Origin: an uncultured Gammaproteobacteria bacterium | GTDB taxonomy: Bacteria; Patescibacteriota; Microgenomatia; UBA10105; UBA927 | Assembly (NCBI GenBank): GCA_964349125.1 | Contig: CAYGFH010000001.1 | Coordinates: forward strand, 133,408-197,407 | Length of the DNA: 64,000 nt | Reading direction: 5' to 3' | The notes under the pieces: generated by a model | Seen by the model: only the letters and a program-made list of their open reading frames with translations | The model's database searches: none | Told to the model about the DNA's origin: nothing | Part shown: piece by piece, positions 48,962 through 58,385 of the stretch | Layout: the number at the start of each line of letters is the position of its first letter | How positions within the stretch are numbered: position 1 is the stretch's first letter | Translations under genes and position numbers: made by a program

Positions 48962-50621
48962 AGAACAATAACCCTCCTAATAATAATATCGTCATTATAC
49001 TAATTATTTCACCTTGAGATTTAGCGGCAGTATTCTTATACTCCATGACCACCGTGTGGCTGCCTTCTTTCAGAGATATAGCCGGCAATCCACGTATAAT
49101 AGCAGGTTTTTCCTCCACGTCATCAACCCAGAATTTCCATCCCGGTATGTAGGCTTTCTGTATTAACATCGTGTGCTCTGTGTCATGTGACACAGAGATA
49201 CTGGCGTAGGTTGCGGTCCGTTTTTGTATGCTGATACTGGCTCCCGCTGTGGCTGATACCAGTGTGGTCGGGACTTCAGCCAGGCTTTTTGGTTTCAAAA
49301 TGGTGGATGGCAGGTATTCATCTGAGATCTTCGAGACACGAAACAGCAGATCTTCCGATGTATTGAGCATTTTCCTGTCAGGTTCATAGATATAGTTCGG
49401 CACAAAATTTTTTGCATTTACATAGATAGTCAGCCCTATCAATACCGCTAACACAGCGTACCTCGCCGGTTTCGAACGAAAACCCGTCATCACATACGCA
49501 CCTAATCCTCCCAGGGCAAACATTGCGACGGTTAACAGTCGCCATGGGTACTGGATAAATGATGTAAACGGAAGCAGTTTCCAAAACGGCTCCGACACGG
49601 GAAGCATACCTAGGATAGTCAGAATCAAAACAGCCAGTGATACCAGATAGAGCACCCCGCTTGTGCGAGTTCGTCGGTATCTCTGGTACAAAAACAGGAG
49701 GACAGACACAAGAGCAAACAGAATATGCAGCTTGCCAAGTTTAAATGACATCCCATCCTGAATACATCCTGCTGATGATCCCCCAAATCCCCATGGGGAA
49801 TTCCATAACTGGGTAGCACACAGGAAATGATCATAAAACCCTGTTTGCGCCGACTGTATCATCGCGGTAACTGATGTGGTATTCATTTCCAAAAACGCCG
49901 GGAGCCAGAAAAATGCACTAAGCCCCATTCCAAACATAACCACTGCAAAACAGTGTACGAATACGTGTATATGCACGTTACGTGCGATCAACTGCCTAAT
50001 ACACTCGGCCACAATGCACAGGAAAAAAATGAGTAGCGTTAATACACCGAGTATGGTATGGGAAAGAAATATTGCCGCCAGTCCTATGCTTCCCAGAAAT
50101 ATACCCGCATACGTGTTTTTCGCTCTGATACTGATAATTCCCAGTACGAATAATGGCAAAAAAGCAGCTGCCCAGAATTCTCCCACGGAGCCGCGAATGT
50201 AGAGCTGTACTGCGTGGTATGGAGCATATGAAAAAATGACAGAACCGACTACTGCCGACAATACACCGTACTGTGATGCAAAAAGTATAAAACTCAGTGC
50301 AGCGGCAAGCACAAATCCGAGCATAAACATGATTTTTGTGGCTACATAGGCATCGACACCCAGCGCGTACAGTGTGCCGCCCGCATAATACGGCAACGGA
50401 GAATAATATGCGAAGATCGGGTATCCCAATCCATATCCGAGGTGGTCAACCACACGAACCGGGAATTGCAGATCACGGATTGCGTCACCCATAGCGATCA
50501 CACGGGCAACCTGTGTGTCATCATGCATCGGGAAATAGCCGGTGCCAAACAGTGGGGACACTGCAAAGTACAGCAGGAGGACAGAAAGGATGAGTCCGAC
50601 AGTAAACTTCAGTGTGTTCAT
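48939..50621 (-). CDS. PTPS-related (PF10131-like) membrane protein, putative GT-C. Paralog 4 of 5.
   Basis: PMHDDTQVARVIAM...FPVRVVDHLGYGLGYPIFAYYSPLPYY and C-terminal KAYIPGWKFWVDD. Confidence 0.75.
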   Translation of the reverse strand: MNTLKFTVGLILSVLLLYFAVSPLFGTGYFPMHDDTQVARVIAMGDAIRDLQFPVRVVDHLGYGLGYPIFAYYSPLPYYAGGTLYALGVDAYVATKIMFMLGFVLAAALSFILFASQYGVLSAVVGSVIFSYAPYHAVQLYIRGSVGEFWAAAFLPLFVLGIISIRAKNTYAGIFLGSIGLAAIFLSHTILGVLTLLIFFLCIVAECIRQLIARNVHIHVFVHCFAVVMFGMGLSAFFWLPAFLEMNTTSVTAMIQSAQTGFYDHFLCATQLWNSPWGFGGSSAGCIQDGMSFKLGKLHILFALVSVLLFLYQRYRRTRTSGVLYLVSLAVLILTILGMLPVSEPFWKLLPFTSFIQYPWRLLTVAMFALGGLGAYVMTGFRSKPARYAVLAVLIGLTIYVNAKNFVPNYIYEPDRKMLNTSEDLLFRVSKISDEYLPSTILKPKSLAEVPTTLVSATAGASISIQKRTATYASISVSHDTEHTMLIQKAYIPGWKFWVDDVEEKPAIIRGLPAISLKEGSHTVVMEYKNTAAKSQGEIISIMTILLLGGLLFYGQKNKT

Positions 50622-52174
50622 GGTCTGTGTGTAGATGATGTTTTATGAAACAGCGCATGGAAGACCACAGGTGCACAGTAGTATACGAGGAAAAACAGTA
50701 TAGAAAACAGACTGATCATATCTGCCAGAAATCTGCTTTTTGTTTCCCTGAATTCCATAAAGAGTGTGTGAGTGCCTTCGAGTATCGGAATCTGCATAAC
50801 ACCAAGGTCATTGTTATATGCTATCGTTACCGGCTTATCATCCACCATTGCACCCCACCCCGGATAAAACAGACTGTTTATCTGCAGCAAACTGTTTTCA
50901 CTGGCGTCAATCGATACATGAACTCTATTTGTGTTTACTTCGATCGGCGTAATTTCGGCATTTCCCGTGAGAATTTCGATCCGCTTGTCAGCCCGGCGTG
51001 ACGGTATCACCGATACCCATCTGGGCATGTACTCATTGGCCACCGTTGTCGTTGCTTCGTTTGTACTGAAATACCCTTCCGGGTGTTCTATACTTTCCAC
51101 GTGTGCATACCCTGTGGCGTTATACCCAAACCATAGTATGGAAATAACTGCAATAAAAACCCCCAGTTTCTTGTATGAATCGGCTATATAGGAAATAAGC
51201 CAGGAACCGGCTACTAACCAAAACAAAAACAGGCGGTACGGAAATTGTATAAATAACTGCAGCGGTTTTAGGCTCCACAAAAAAGCACTGAGCTCACTGA
51301 TAAAAAATGCCCCGCCCACTACCAGTGCCGTAAACAATACCCTCTCCTTGTTATATTTTTTGGGTATCACAAACAGTAGTCCTATGCCTATAATGGCAAC
51401 GGGCGCGTTTTTAACCAGAAGATCAAAGCTTGCCGGGAAATAATGTAACGGGTTTGAAACACCCACCGAGTCAAATAGTACGAACCGCTTTTCAAGAAGC
51501 GCCGGTATCCAAAAAAATGCGGCAATTCCAATTGCTGAAAGTGTCGGCAACACAAACGATCGATCTTTCCGTATGTGCATGAGAGACACGAGGATCATGA
51601 GGAAAAACATCGCTGCGGTATTGTGACTCACGAGCATAAACGCGAGCATTGGGACGAACAGAAGTACATTTGCCGATTCGTACGCATGCAGTACACCGAA
51701 AAATGCAGATACCGCGACAACCTCACCGATTGATCCCCTCGTAAACACATCATACAGAAGATATGGATTGAGTATAAACGCAAGACTTCCCAGGAAACTG
51801 CCGAGCGAAGAAAAGTATTTCTTGAGCCATAAAAACAGAAAAACCACAGAACTTGTGACAGATCCGATCAGGATAATTTCTATAGAGGACCTGAATGAAA
51901 ATCCAATCAGATGCAGAACCGATCCGACGTACAAAAATCCCGGATACAAAAAATTTGCGACAGGGTATCCGTAGCTGTGATTCAGCCTGCCGAGTAACCG
52001 TACGGGAAATTGCCCATCACGTAAGCTCTGGTAAAACGCGGAAAGCCTGATAATCATCCAGTTTGCGTCGTCCGTTACGATGAATCCCGCACGGAAAATC
52101 GGAGCCAGCACGAAACTAAGCACGGCAAGAAGGAGCACCAGCCAAACACCGTACTGAATAAATGCACGTTTCAT
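50618..52174 (-). CDS. PTPS-related (PF10131-like) membrane protein, putative GT-C. Paralog 5 of 5, tandem to paralog 4.
   Basis: IVTDDANWMIIRLSAF...FPVRLLGRLNHSYGYPVANFLYPGFLY and C-terminal SLFYPGWGAMVDD. Confidence 0.7.
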   Translation of the reverse strand: MKRAFIQYGVWLVLLLAVLSFVLAPIFRAGFIVTDDANWMIIRLSAFYQSLRDGQFPVRLLGRLNHSYGYPVANFLYPGFLYVGSVLHLIGFSFRSSIEIILIGSVTSSVVFLFLWLKKYFSSLGSFLGSLAFILNPYLLYDVFTRGSIGEVVAVSAFFGVLHAYESANVLLFVPMLAFMLVSHNTAAMFFLMILVSLMHIRKDRSFVLPTLSAIGIAAFFWIPALLEKRFVLFDSVGVSNPLHYFPASFDLLVKNAPVAIIGIGLLFVIPKKYNKERVLFTALVVGGAFFISELSAFLWSLKPLQLFIQFPYRLFLFWLVAGSWLISYIADSYKKLGVFIAVISILWFGYNATGYAHVESIEHPEGYFSTNEATTTVANEYMPRWVSVIPSRRADKRIEILTGNAEITPIEVNTNRVHVSIDASENSLLQINSLFYPGWGAMVDDKPVTIAYNNDLGVMQIPILEGTHTLFMEFRETKSRFLADMISLFSILFFLVYYCAPVVFHALFHKTSSTHRP

Positions 52175-52214
52175 ACCCTCTGTTAGATGACTCCTCGAAA
52201 TTCAATGTGTATCA

Positions 52215-53729
52215 TTATTTTTTCTCAGACTGAGCAGGACGGATTTTATACAAGCGGATGTGAGATTTTTCGTTGTGGGCCTTTCGTATTTCCATCACCA
52301 TATCCATCGGCCAATCAGGTTTTTCCTGTGTGAGGTTGGTTATATAGTACGTCGATTTGCTCTTGGATTTTTCGGCGATGTAGTCTGGTATGGTTTTGGA
52401 TGGCGGCCATACGCCGTGAATTTCAATCTTTTTATTCTGGTGGAGATATATCTCAAGCGCATACGGTAGCAGTCCGAATGTGCCTTCGGTATATACAGCA
52501 ATTTCTTCGCCGGTGGATTTTTCACTAAGCAGACTCACTATTTCTTTCACTCCCCATCCTGACGGCCAGTCATTTATAAGCTGTCCGATGTCAGATTTGG
52601 GAATAAAGGCGCGGGACACATCTGTGAGAATCGTGCCGGACATATACAGTGCCTGGAGACAACAGAGTATGACTATGGCGAATTTCTGATACTGCTTCGA
52701 CGCGTAGGCGGTGAGCCGTTCAACAGTTACTGCAGTAAGGATAAGGATAGGCATGGCCATCGGTAGGAGGTATCGCGCGTAGAGCACTTTTCCAAACAGG
52801 GCAAGCGCAACAAACGGCAATATCCACCAGATAATAAGCACTATTTTTTCTTTCAGTTTCCCCCGCACGAGTACGAAAGATAATATAGCCAATACGCACC
52901 AGGAAATTGTCACATAATTGATAAACCAATCTGACATGCCATATAAATTTCCGACAAAAAATGTAAACGGATGCGTGATCCACTCTTTAAATGGATACAC
53001 AAATATAGTATTTTTCTGGGCGATAATATAGAAATACGGAGAGAGCCGGAGGATACTGTACAGCACCTGGGACAACACTGTCGCCACTACAGAAAGCCCT
53101 ACCCACGACCACAGGCGTTTTTTCAGATTTTGCTTCCTCCAATCAAACAGTACAAGCGTGAAAGGCTGTAAATACAAGCTCAAAAATCCCGAACTTTTAT
53201 TCAGCATTCCAAGAGCCAGTGACATTCCGAAAATCAGTGCGATATCCAGCCGTACATACCGCACAAGAAGTATCGCTATATATATATTCCATACGTACAG
53301 TGCGCTCGTCAGGGAATCATAAATCGCGAGCCTATCATACATGAGTGCAAACGGAGATACGAGATACAGGAAGCTGGATATAAGACCTAACCGTTTACTC
53401 TTAAATAGCTCATATCCGACGGCAAACATGCCCCACATCCCCAGTAAACCTGAAAATACCGATACCGTGCGCCCGGCAACGAGCGGATCTGATATGACAC
53501 GCAGTGCCGCCATCATAAACCATGTAAATAACGGCTGTTTCCCATCGGTTAACGATATGTACCGCCATGACGCATCAGTGGCGCCAATTTGCGACCAGCG
53601 AATGTAGATGGCCTCGTCCGTAAAAATCGGTAATGAGGTCAAATTATACAGTCTAACGCACACATAAAATACTGATAATACGAAGAGCCAAACAAATGCA
53701 TTTTTGAATACTTTTTTCATAGTGGACAT
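52215..53729 (-). CDS. ArnT/PMT-like (GT39/83-like) GT-C glycosyltransferase.
   Basis: A DE motif in the first loop (PIFTDEAIYIRWSQIG). 504 aa, polytopic. Confidence 0.7.
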   Translation of the reverse strand: MSTMKKVFKNAFVWLFVLSVFYVCVRLYNLTSLPIFTDEAIYIRWSQIGATDASWRYISLTDGKQPLFTWFMMAALRVISDPLVAGRTVSVFSGLLGMWGMFAVGYELFKSKRLGLISSFLYLVSPFALMYDRLAIYDSLTSALYVWNIYIAILLVRYVRLDIALIFGMSLALGMLNKSSGFLSLYLQPFTLVLFDWRKQNLKKRLWSWVGLSVVATVLSQVLYSILRLSPYFYIIAQKNTIFVYPFKEWITHPFTFFVGNLYGMSDWFINYVTISWCVLAILSFVLVRGKLKEKIVLIIWWILPFVALALFGKVLYARYLLPMAMPILILTAVTVERLTAYASKQYQKFAIVILCCLQALYMSGTILTDVSRAFIPKSDIGQLINDWPSGWGVKEIVSLLSEKSTGEEIAVYTEGTFGLLPYALEIYLHQNKKIEIHGVWPPSKTIPDYIAEKSKSKSTYYITNLTQEKPDWPMDMVMEIRKAHNEKSHIRLYKIRPAQSEKK

Positions 53730-53786
53730 ACCTAGAATTATACCTTAGTTATGATCGTGAAAACAAACAGGGGCAGGGCTTTGCGG

Positions 53787-54956
53787 TCAATGCGTACGCC
53801 GTCTTCTATATCCCATATACAGGACACTCAACACTGAGACCGCAATCGGTATAGCGGTAACCCAGAGTTTGACAGCGGGAGCAGGATCATTCCAGTGACC
53901 CAGATACAGGTACGGCACATATCGCAGCAGTAAGCCCATGGATACACCGAACGATAACACAGCCACTCTCGGGTACTCAGGTACGAGTGCAACGAACGGA
54001 ACTATCCAGACCCAATACCAGCTCAAGACTTCCCGTTGAAATAGCACGGCTATAAACCCGAGAATCATCCCTCCCAGGGCAATTTTTCTGTTCCATTTGA
54101 AGAAAAACGCAGGGATAAGGAAAATCGTCATAAGTTTCATGGCGATGGAAACAGACAGGACAAACCAAGACGCCCATTTCTGTGAATTTCGGTATAGCAC
54201 AAGTGACCATACGGCTATCGCCATCATGACGATATCGTTATGGGGACTTATAAGGCACTCAACTAAAACAAGTGGGTTGAGTGAAAATATCACAGTTCCC
54301 GCCCGGACTAGTGACGCGTTTTTACCCTGTAGTGCCCTCTCAATCCCTAGGATGGTGAGAAGGTAAAACAGCCCGATATACAGCTTGAAGTTAACAATAA
54401 GAAGTAGTAGTTTCCCGAATCCAAAAAGATACGGCACCAGTGTGGACACTATCCATAGGGGTGTGTAGGCGCTCGGCAAGTGAGTCCAATGCATGAACGA
54501 CAGCCATGGATCCACACCCGTAAACTGCAGCGGTATAACCTCGTAAGGATTTTTATGATATATGAGTACCGTTTTTGCCGTAAACAGATAATTGAAAAAG
54601 TCGTAGGAAAATGCGGGAAATGCGGCAAGTGAAACACCCCAGATGAGAATCACAATACTCCAAAACTGTTTCCGGGAAACCTTTCCCTGGTAGGCCAGTC
54701 GAATCATGCTCCCGTATAACACAAACAGCGGCAATAGTATCCCGATATAAAGAGATGCGGAAAGTGGCCTGTTAAAGAATCCGATTGACTGAAACTGTCT
54801 TTGGATCGCTCCGACAACACTTGACTGAGAGAGCGTTAACCCCAGGTCAATCTGAGTATACGAGTACAATACAAACAGGAGAAGCACCAGAGCGTATAGT
54901 GCTGCGAGAGTACCCGATTGCAGATAACTCAATCCTGCTTTATTTTTCTGTACCAT
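53787..54956 (-). CDS. Polytopic membrane protein, DUF2029/GT87-like candidate GT-C. Paralog of 17046..18194.
   Basis: FSYDFFNYLFTAKTVLIYHKNPYEVIP. Start uncertain (54956 or 54974). Confidence 0.6.
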   Translation of the reverse strand: MVQKNKAGLSYLQSGTLAALYALVLLLFVLYSYTQIDLGLTLSQSSVVGAIQRQFQSIGFFNRPLSASLYIGILLPLFVLYGSMIRLAYQGKVSRKQFWSIVILIWGVSLAAFPAFSYDFFNYLFTAKTVLIYHKNPYEVIPLQFTGVDPWLSFMHWTHLPSAYTPLWIVSTLVPYLFGFGKLLLLIVNFKLYIGLFYLLTILGIERALQGKNASLVRAGTVIFSLNPLVLVECLISPHNDIVMMAIAVWSLVLYRNSQKWASWFVLSVSIAMKLMTIFLIPAFFFKWNRKIALGGMILGFIAVLFQREVLSWYWVWIVPFVALVPEYPRVAVLSFGVSMGLLLRYVPYLYLGHWNDPAPAVKLWVTAIPIAVSVLSVLYMGYRRRRTH

Positions 54957-55701
54957 AGCGACCCCTCCACGCATACATGCGTATGGTGAGAATATCCGAA
55001 ATACCCTGGATGGTGTCTTTAATCGGGTTTACTCTGCGGGTCTCCACATAATGCCACTCAACAGGAACTTCACGAATGACAAACCCAAGAATTTTGGCGA
55101 CAAAGAGTAATTCTATATCAAATCCAGCAGTCACCATAGCGCCGCTCACATGTTTAGACTGTCCGTATATAGACAGGTGCGCTATGATTCGATGCGCTGC
55201 TTTTTTCTTAAATGCCTTAAATCCGCACTGAGTGTCGGAAATACCATGTAAGCCCAAAATTACAGTACGCAGAAACATAAATCCCCGTGCCATAATTTTT
55301 CGAAGTAGCGGCGCACCTTCCCGTTTCCCCTGCCTTGAGCCTATTACCACATCCACACCTTTTTCAAACCACGGAAGCACCTGTTCCAATTCCTTAAGCG
55401 GCGTGGCCTGGTCTAGGTCAGAGAACAGTATGATCGATCCGTTTGCCTGCTTGAGCCCTGTCACCACTGTTGCCGCTTTTCCCTGATGCGGATTTTTGAC
55501 TATCGTGAATCCTTTATTTTCGTGAGCGAAATCCTCGATTAACGTGACGCTGGCATCAGAAGAGCCGTCATCAATTATGAGAACCTCCCAGGTATAGGAC
55601 TGCTTATTGAGGTAGCGTGCAACTTTTTCAAGGGCGCCCAACCTGATATTTGTTTCTTCATTGTACGATGGAATGATTACAGATAAATATGGTTCTTTCA
55701 T
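54940..55701 (-). CDS. Family 2 glycosyltransferase. Likely a polyprenol-phosphate sugar synthase (DPM1/GtrB-like).
   Basis: LSVIIPSYNEETNI...LIIDDGSSDAS...SDLDQ. 253 aa. Confidence 0.85.
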   Translation of the reverse strand: MKEPYLSVIIPSYNEETNIRLGALEKVARYLNKQSYTWEVLIIDDGSSDASVTLIEDFAHENKGFTIVKNPHQGKAATVVTGLKQANGSIILFSDLDQATPLKELEQVLPWFEKGVDVVIGSRQGKREGAPLLRKIMARGFMFLRTVILGLHGISDTQCGFKAFKKKAAHRIIAHLSIYGQSKHVSGAMVTAGFDIELLFVAKILGFVIREVPVEWHYVETRRVNPIKDTIQGISDILTIRMYAWRGRYGTEK

Positions 55702-55702
55702 A

Positions 55703-57247
55703 TTACTTTTCTTCGGTGTACTTCACTAATTTATAAATTTTTACCACAGATACGTCCCACTTTCCTGCAATTTCCGCTCTACCGAATCCGGAAATTTCCC
55801 ACAGTGAATGCCCAAGCGGTTCGCAGTTGGTATCCTCACACACAACCAGCAACTGGTCAGTCACTGTTTTGCGCTCCGAATCATTTGCTGCATTTTCTAT
55901 GACCACGGGCGGGCGTCCCCAAATTTCAAAAAAATATCTGTACGCATGATCTGAGTTTCCTCCGGTGACGAGGGCAAAGTTAAATGGTTTTCCATCAGTT
56001 TTATCCAGTACGGCACGTGCTATAGTTTTTGCCTGATTTAACTGACGGTTTGGTTCATGTAAAAATGGCCTGCCCTGCCAGTTAAAAATAATGATGAGAG
56101 TGAAGGCTAGAGCTGCAACACATTTCCCGATTTTACCCCGAGTCCATACTGCCCAAAACAACAGTGCGGTAAATAGAAATGGAACGATAAAAAATATGCC
56201 GAAATAATAATCGTAAATCGACTTCTTATAGATTCCAAATAGACACAGGCCGGAAGCGACCCACAGGTATAACAGGAGTAACATATCCCGCTGACGCTTT
56301 GTAAACTGACCTTTGTACCAAAAAATCATAGGCACCAGCGTTGCAGTAATGGCAGTTGCCCATGTACCGATCGTCCACACCTGTTTTTGGTACGCAGTCA
56401 GTTTATCAAACATTCCCCCATCAGGTATCCGAAGGATCAATCGCCCAAAGAGGCGGAAAAATACATCACGTATGTTCCACACAAAATGGCTTGCTGAAAA
56501 TCCGGTGTCCTTCCCTGCAAGTACAAACTCCATAATGCCTTTTGTGTTTGTAAACTCATGTCTGAATTCGAATGCTACAAATGGAGAAAAGCCGGCCAGA
56601 AATCCAATGATACTGTACCCGATACCTTTGAGAGACTCCATCTTCAGGCGCAGTATCATCCAGATATATACGACGGGAAACAGAAACAAAAATGTGTAGT
56701 GCAGTTGTATACCTATACCCATAATCACCCCTATCCAAAATGCCAGAGATAATTTTTTGCTTTCGGTAAACCTGAAGCAGAGATAGATTAGTGCTGTGGA
56801 GAAAAATGGTACTAGGTTAGGATTCCACGAGGACCGCGAATATGCGATTACCAGAGGTGACAACGCGTAGATAGCCGCCGCGGTAATAGCCACAAACCTG
56901 CCGAAAAAATCCAGTCCCATTTTATAGAGCAGATAGATGGTAGCCACTCCTACGAGAGCAACCATAATCGCGGGGCCAACAGGGTCCAGTTTGGCTGCCC
57001 AGAGAAACGGCAGCATGAAATAGTAGTAGATCGGGCCCATATAAAATCCGCCTACTGACGCGGTCGGGCCAAGGAGAGTGAATTTACCGTCAACTATCAT
57101 GCGTTTCACAACCAAGACATCGCGCCCTTCGTCTCCGAGAAACGTCAGATAATCGCCAATTCGATATAACCGCAAATAAGCACCGATCAGTAATATCGAA
57201 ATAAGAGGAATAGCACTTGTGTATATTCGACGAAGGAACGCTACCAT
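55703..57247 (-). CDS. ArnT/PMT_2-like polytopic membrane glycosyltransferase candidate (DxGRD subfamily).
   Basis: FLGDEGRDVLVVKRMIVDGKFTLLGPTASVGGFYMGPIYYYFMLPFLW. I prefer the ATG at 57247. The ORF track extends to 57304. Confidence 0.7.
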   Translation of the reverse strand: MVAFLRRIYTSAIPLISILLIGAYLRLYRIGDYLTFLGDEGRDVLVVKRMIVDGKFTLLGPTASVGGFYMGPIYYYFMLPFLWAAKLDPVGPAIMVALVGVATIYLLYKMGLDFFGRFVAITAAAIYALSPLVIAYSRSSWNPNLVPFFSTALIYLCFRFTESKKLSLAFWIGVIMGIGIQLHYTFLFLFPVVYIWMILRLKMESLKGIGYSIIGFLAGFSPFVAFEFRHEFTNTKGIMEFVLAGKDTGFSASHFVWNIRDVFFRLFGRLILRIPDGGMFDKLTAYQKQVWTIGTWATAITATLVPMIFWYKGQFTKRQRDMLLLLYLWVASGLCLFGIYKKSIYDYYFGIFFIVPFLFTALLFWAVWTRGKIGKCVAALAFTLIIIFNWQGRPFLHEPNRQLNQAKTIARAVLDKTDGKPFNFALVTGGNSDHAYRYFFEIWGRPPVVIENAANDSERKTVTDQLLVVCEDTNCEPLGHSLWEISGFGRAEIAGKWDVSVVKIYKLVKYTEEK

Positions 57248-57255
57248 AAATCGTA

Positions 57256-58371
57256 TTAAATGCGCCGTTTCCAAATAACTCTGGAATACATTATATAGTT
57301 CCAAATGAGACCGCAGAATATTCCGAACAGATAAAATATTCTGTATTCTGAAACTCCATACAGATGGGTCCCTATATGGACGCTTATGGCCTGCAGAGAT
57401 AATGCGCCTAGGGAGGTCATATTAAACTGGAGAAATTTATTTACCCGTTGGTCGCGACCTATTTTCCGATCCCTGAACGTCCATGAATTATTCAGTTTAT
57501 AGTTAGAAAGTATAGCAGCTTCAGCTCCAAACATGCTACCGATTGTGGGATGTAACCCGAAATACACCAATAACTCAAGAATTACCGTGTTTATAAGAAA
57601 CCCTATGGACCCCACGACCAGAAATTTTGAGAAACTATGTGCCAACACGTCATTCATCCGTGCCTTCCAGACGTATAGCATGACTTTTCGAATATATTCA
57701 GAAGGAACAATTTTCGATTTCCCAAAACGCCTGTCAGTGAAATGTATCGGAACCTCGGCAACCTTCGCACCTGCAAGAACCGATTTATGAAGAAATGCAA
57801 TTTGAAAGACATATCCGCTGTACTCTTCCACCTGAGTGTGAAGCTTTTCAAAATATACCTTATGAAACGCACGAAACCCACCTGTCCAATCATGAATTGA
57901 CGGTACACCTAGTCCAAACCTGACTATGGAGTTTGCGACGATGCTGAATATTTTCCGGTGTATCCCCCAGTTATCCGGTATAGATCCGCCTTTTATGTAC
58001 CGACATCCCACCACAAAATCTGACCCTTTGCTTAACGCCTGCAAAAATTTTGGAATTACTTTGGGGTCGTGTGACAAATCCGCATCCATTTGGAGTATAT
58101 ACTCGGCTTCCATCTTCTCAACCGCGTACGTCATACCACGAAGTAATGCTTTGCCTAATCCTTCTTTGGAACCGCTCAGCAGAAACACATCTTTGTATTT
58201 TTTCTGATACTCGCCCACTACGTCACGGGTTCCGTCCGGTGAGGTATCATCAACGACCAGATAGCGTATGGAATATTCCTTGATATCACCAAGGATCTCA
58301 CGCAGCATATCCAACAGTCGTATGATATTGTCCCTCTCGTTGTATGTAGGGAGAATGATGACCAGTTTCAT
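57256..58371 (-). CDS. Polyprenol-phosphate sugar synthase (GT2, DPM1-like) fused to a C-terminal GtrA-like membrane domain.
   Basis: N-terminus MKLVIILPTYNERDNI...LVVDDTSPDGT...MDADLSHDP. C-terminus with about 4 TM segments (KFLVVGSIGFLINTVILELLVYF...LSNYKLNNSWTF), typical of the GtrA family. Confidence 0.8.
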   Translation of the reverse strand: MKLVIILPTYNERDNIIRLLDMLREILGDIKEYSIRYLVVDDTSPDGTRDVVGEYQKKYKDVFLLSGSKEGLGKALLRGMTYAVEKMEAEYILQMDADLSHDPKVIPKFLQALSKGSDFVVGCRYIKGGSIPDNWGIHRKIFSIVANSIVRFGLGVPSIHDWTGGFRAFHKVYFEKLHTQVEEYSGYVFQIAFLHKSVLAGAKVAEVPIHFTDRRFGKSKIVPSEYIRKVMLYVWKARMNDVLAHSFSKFLVVGSIGFLINTVILELLVYFGLHPTIGSMFGAEAAILSNYKLNNSWTFRDRKIGRDQRVNKFLQFNMTSLGALSLQAISVHIGTHLYGVSEYRIFYLFGIFCGLIWNYIMYSRVIWKRRI

Positions 58372-58385
58372 ATGAGCCACGTGTC

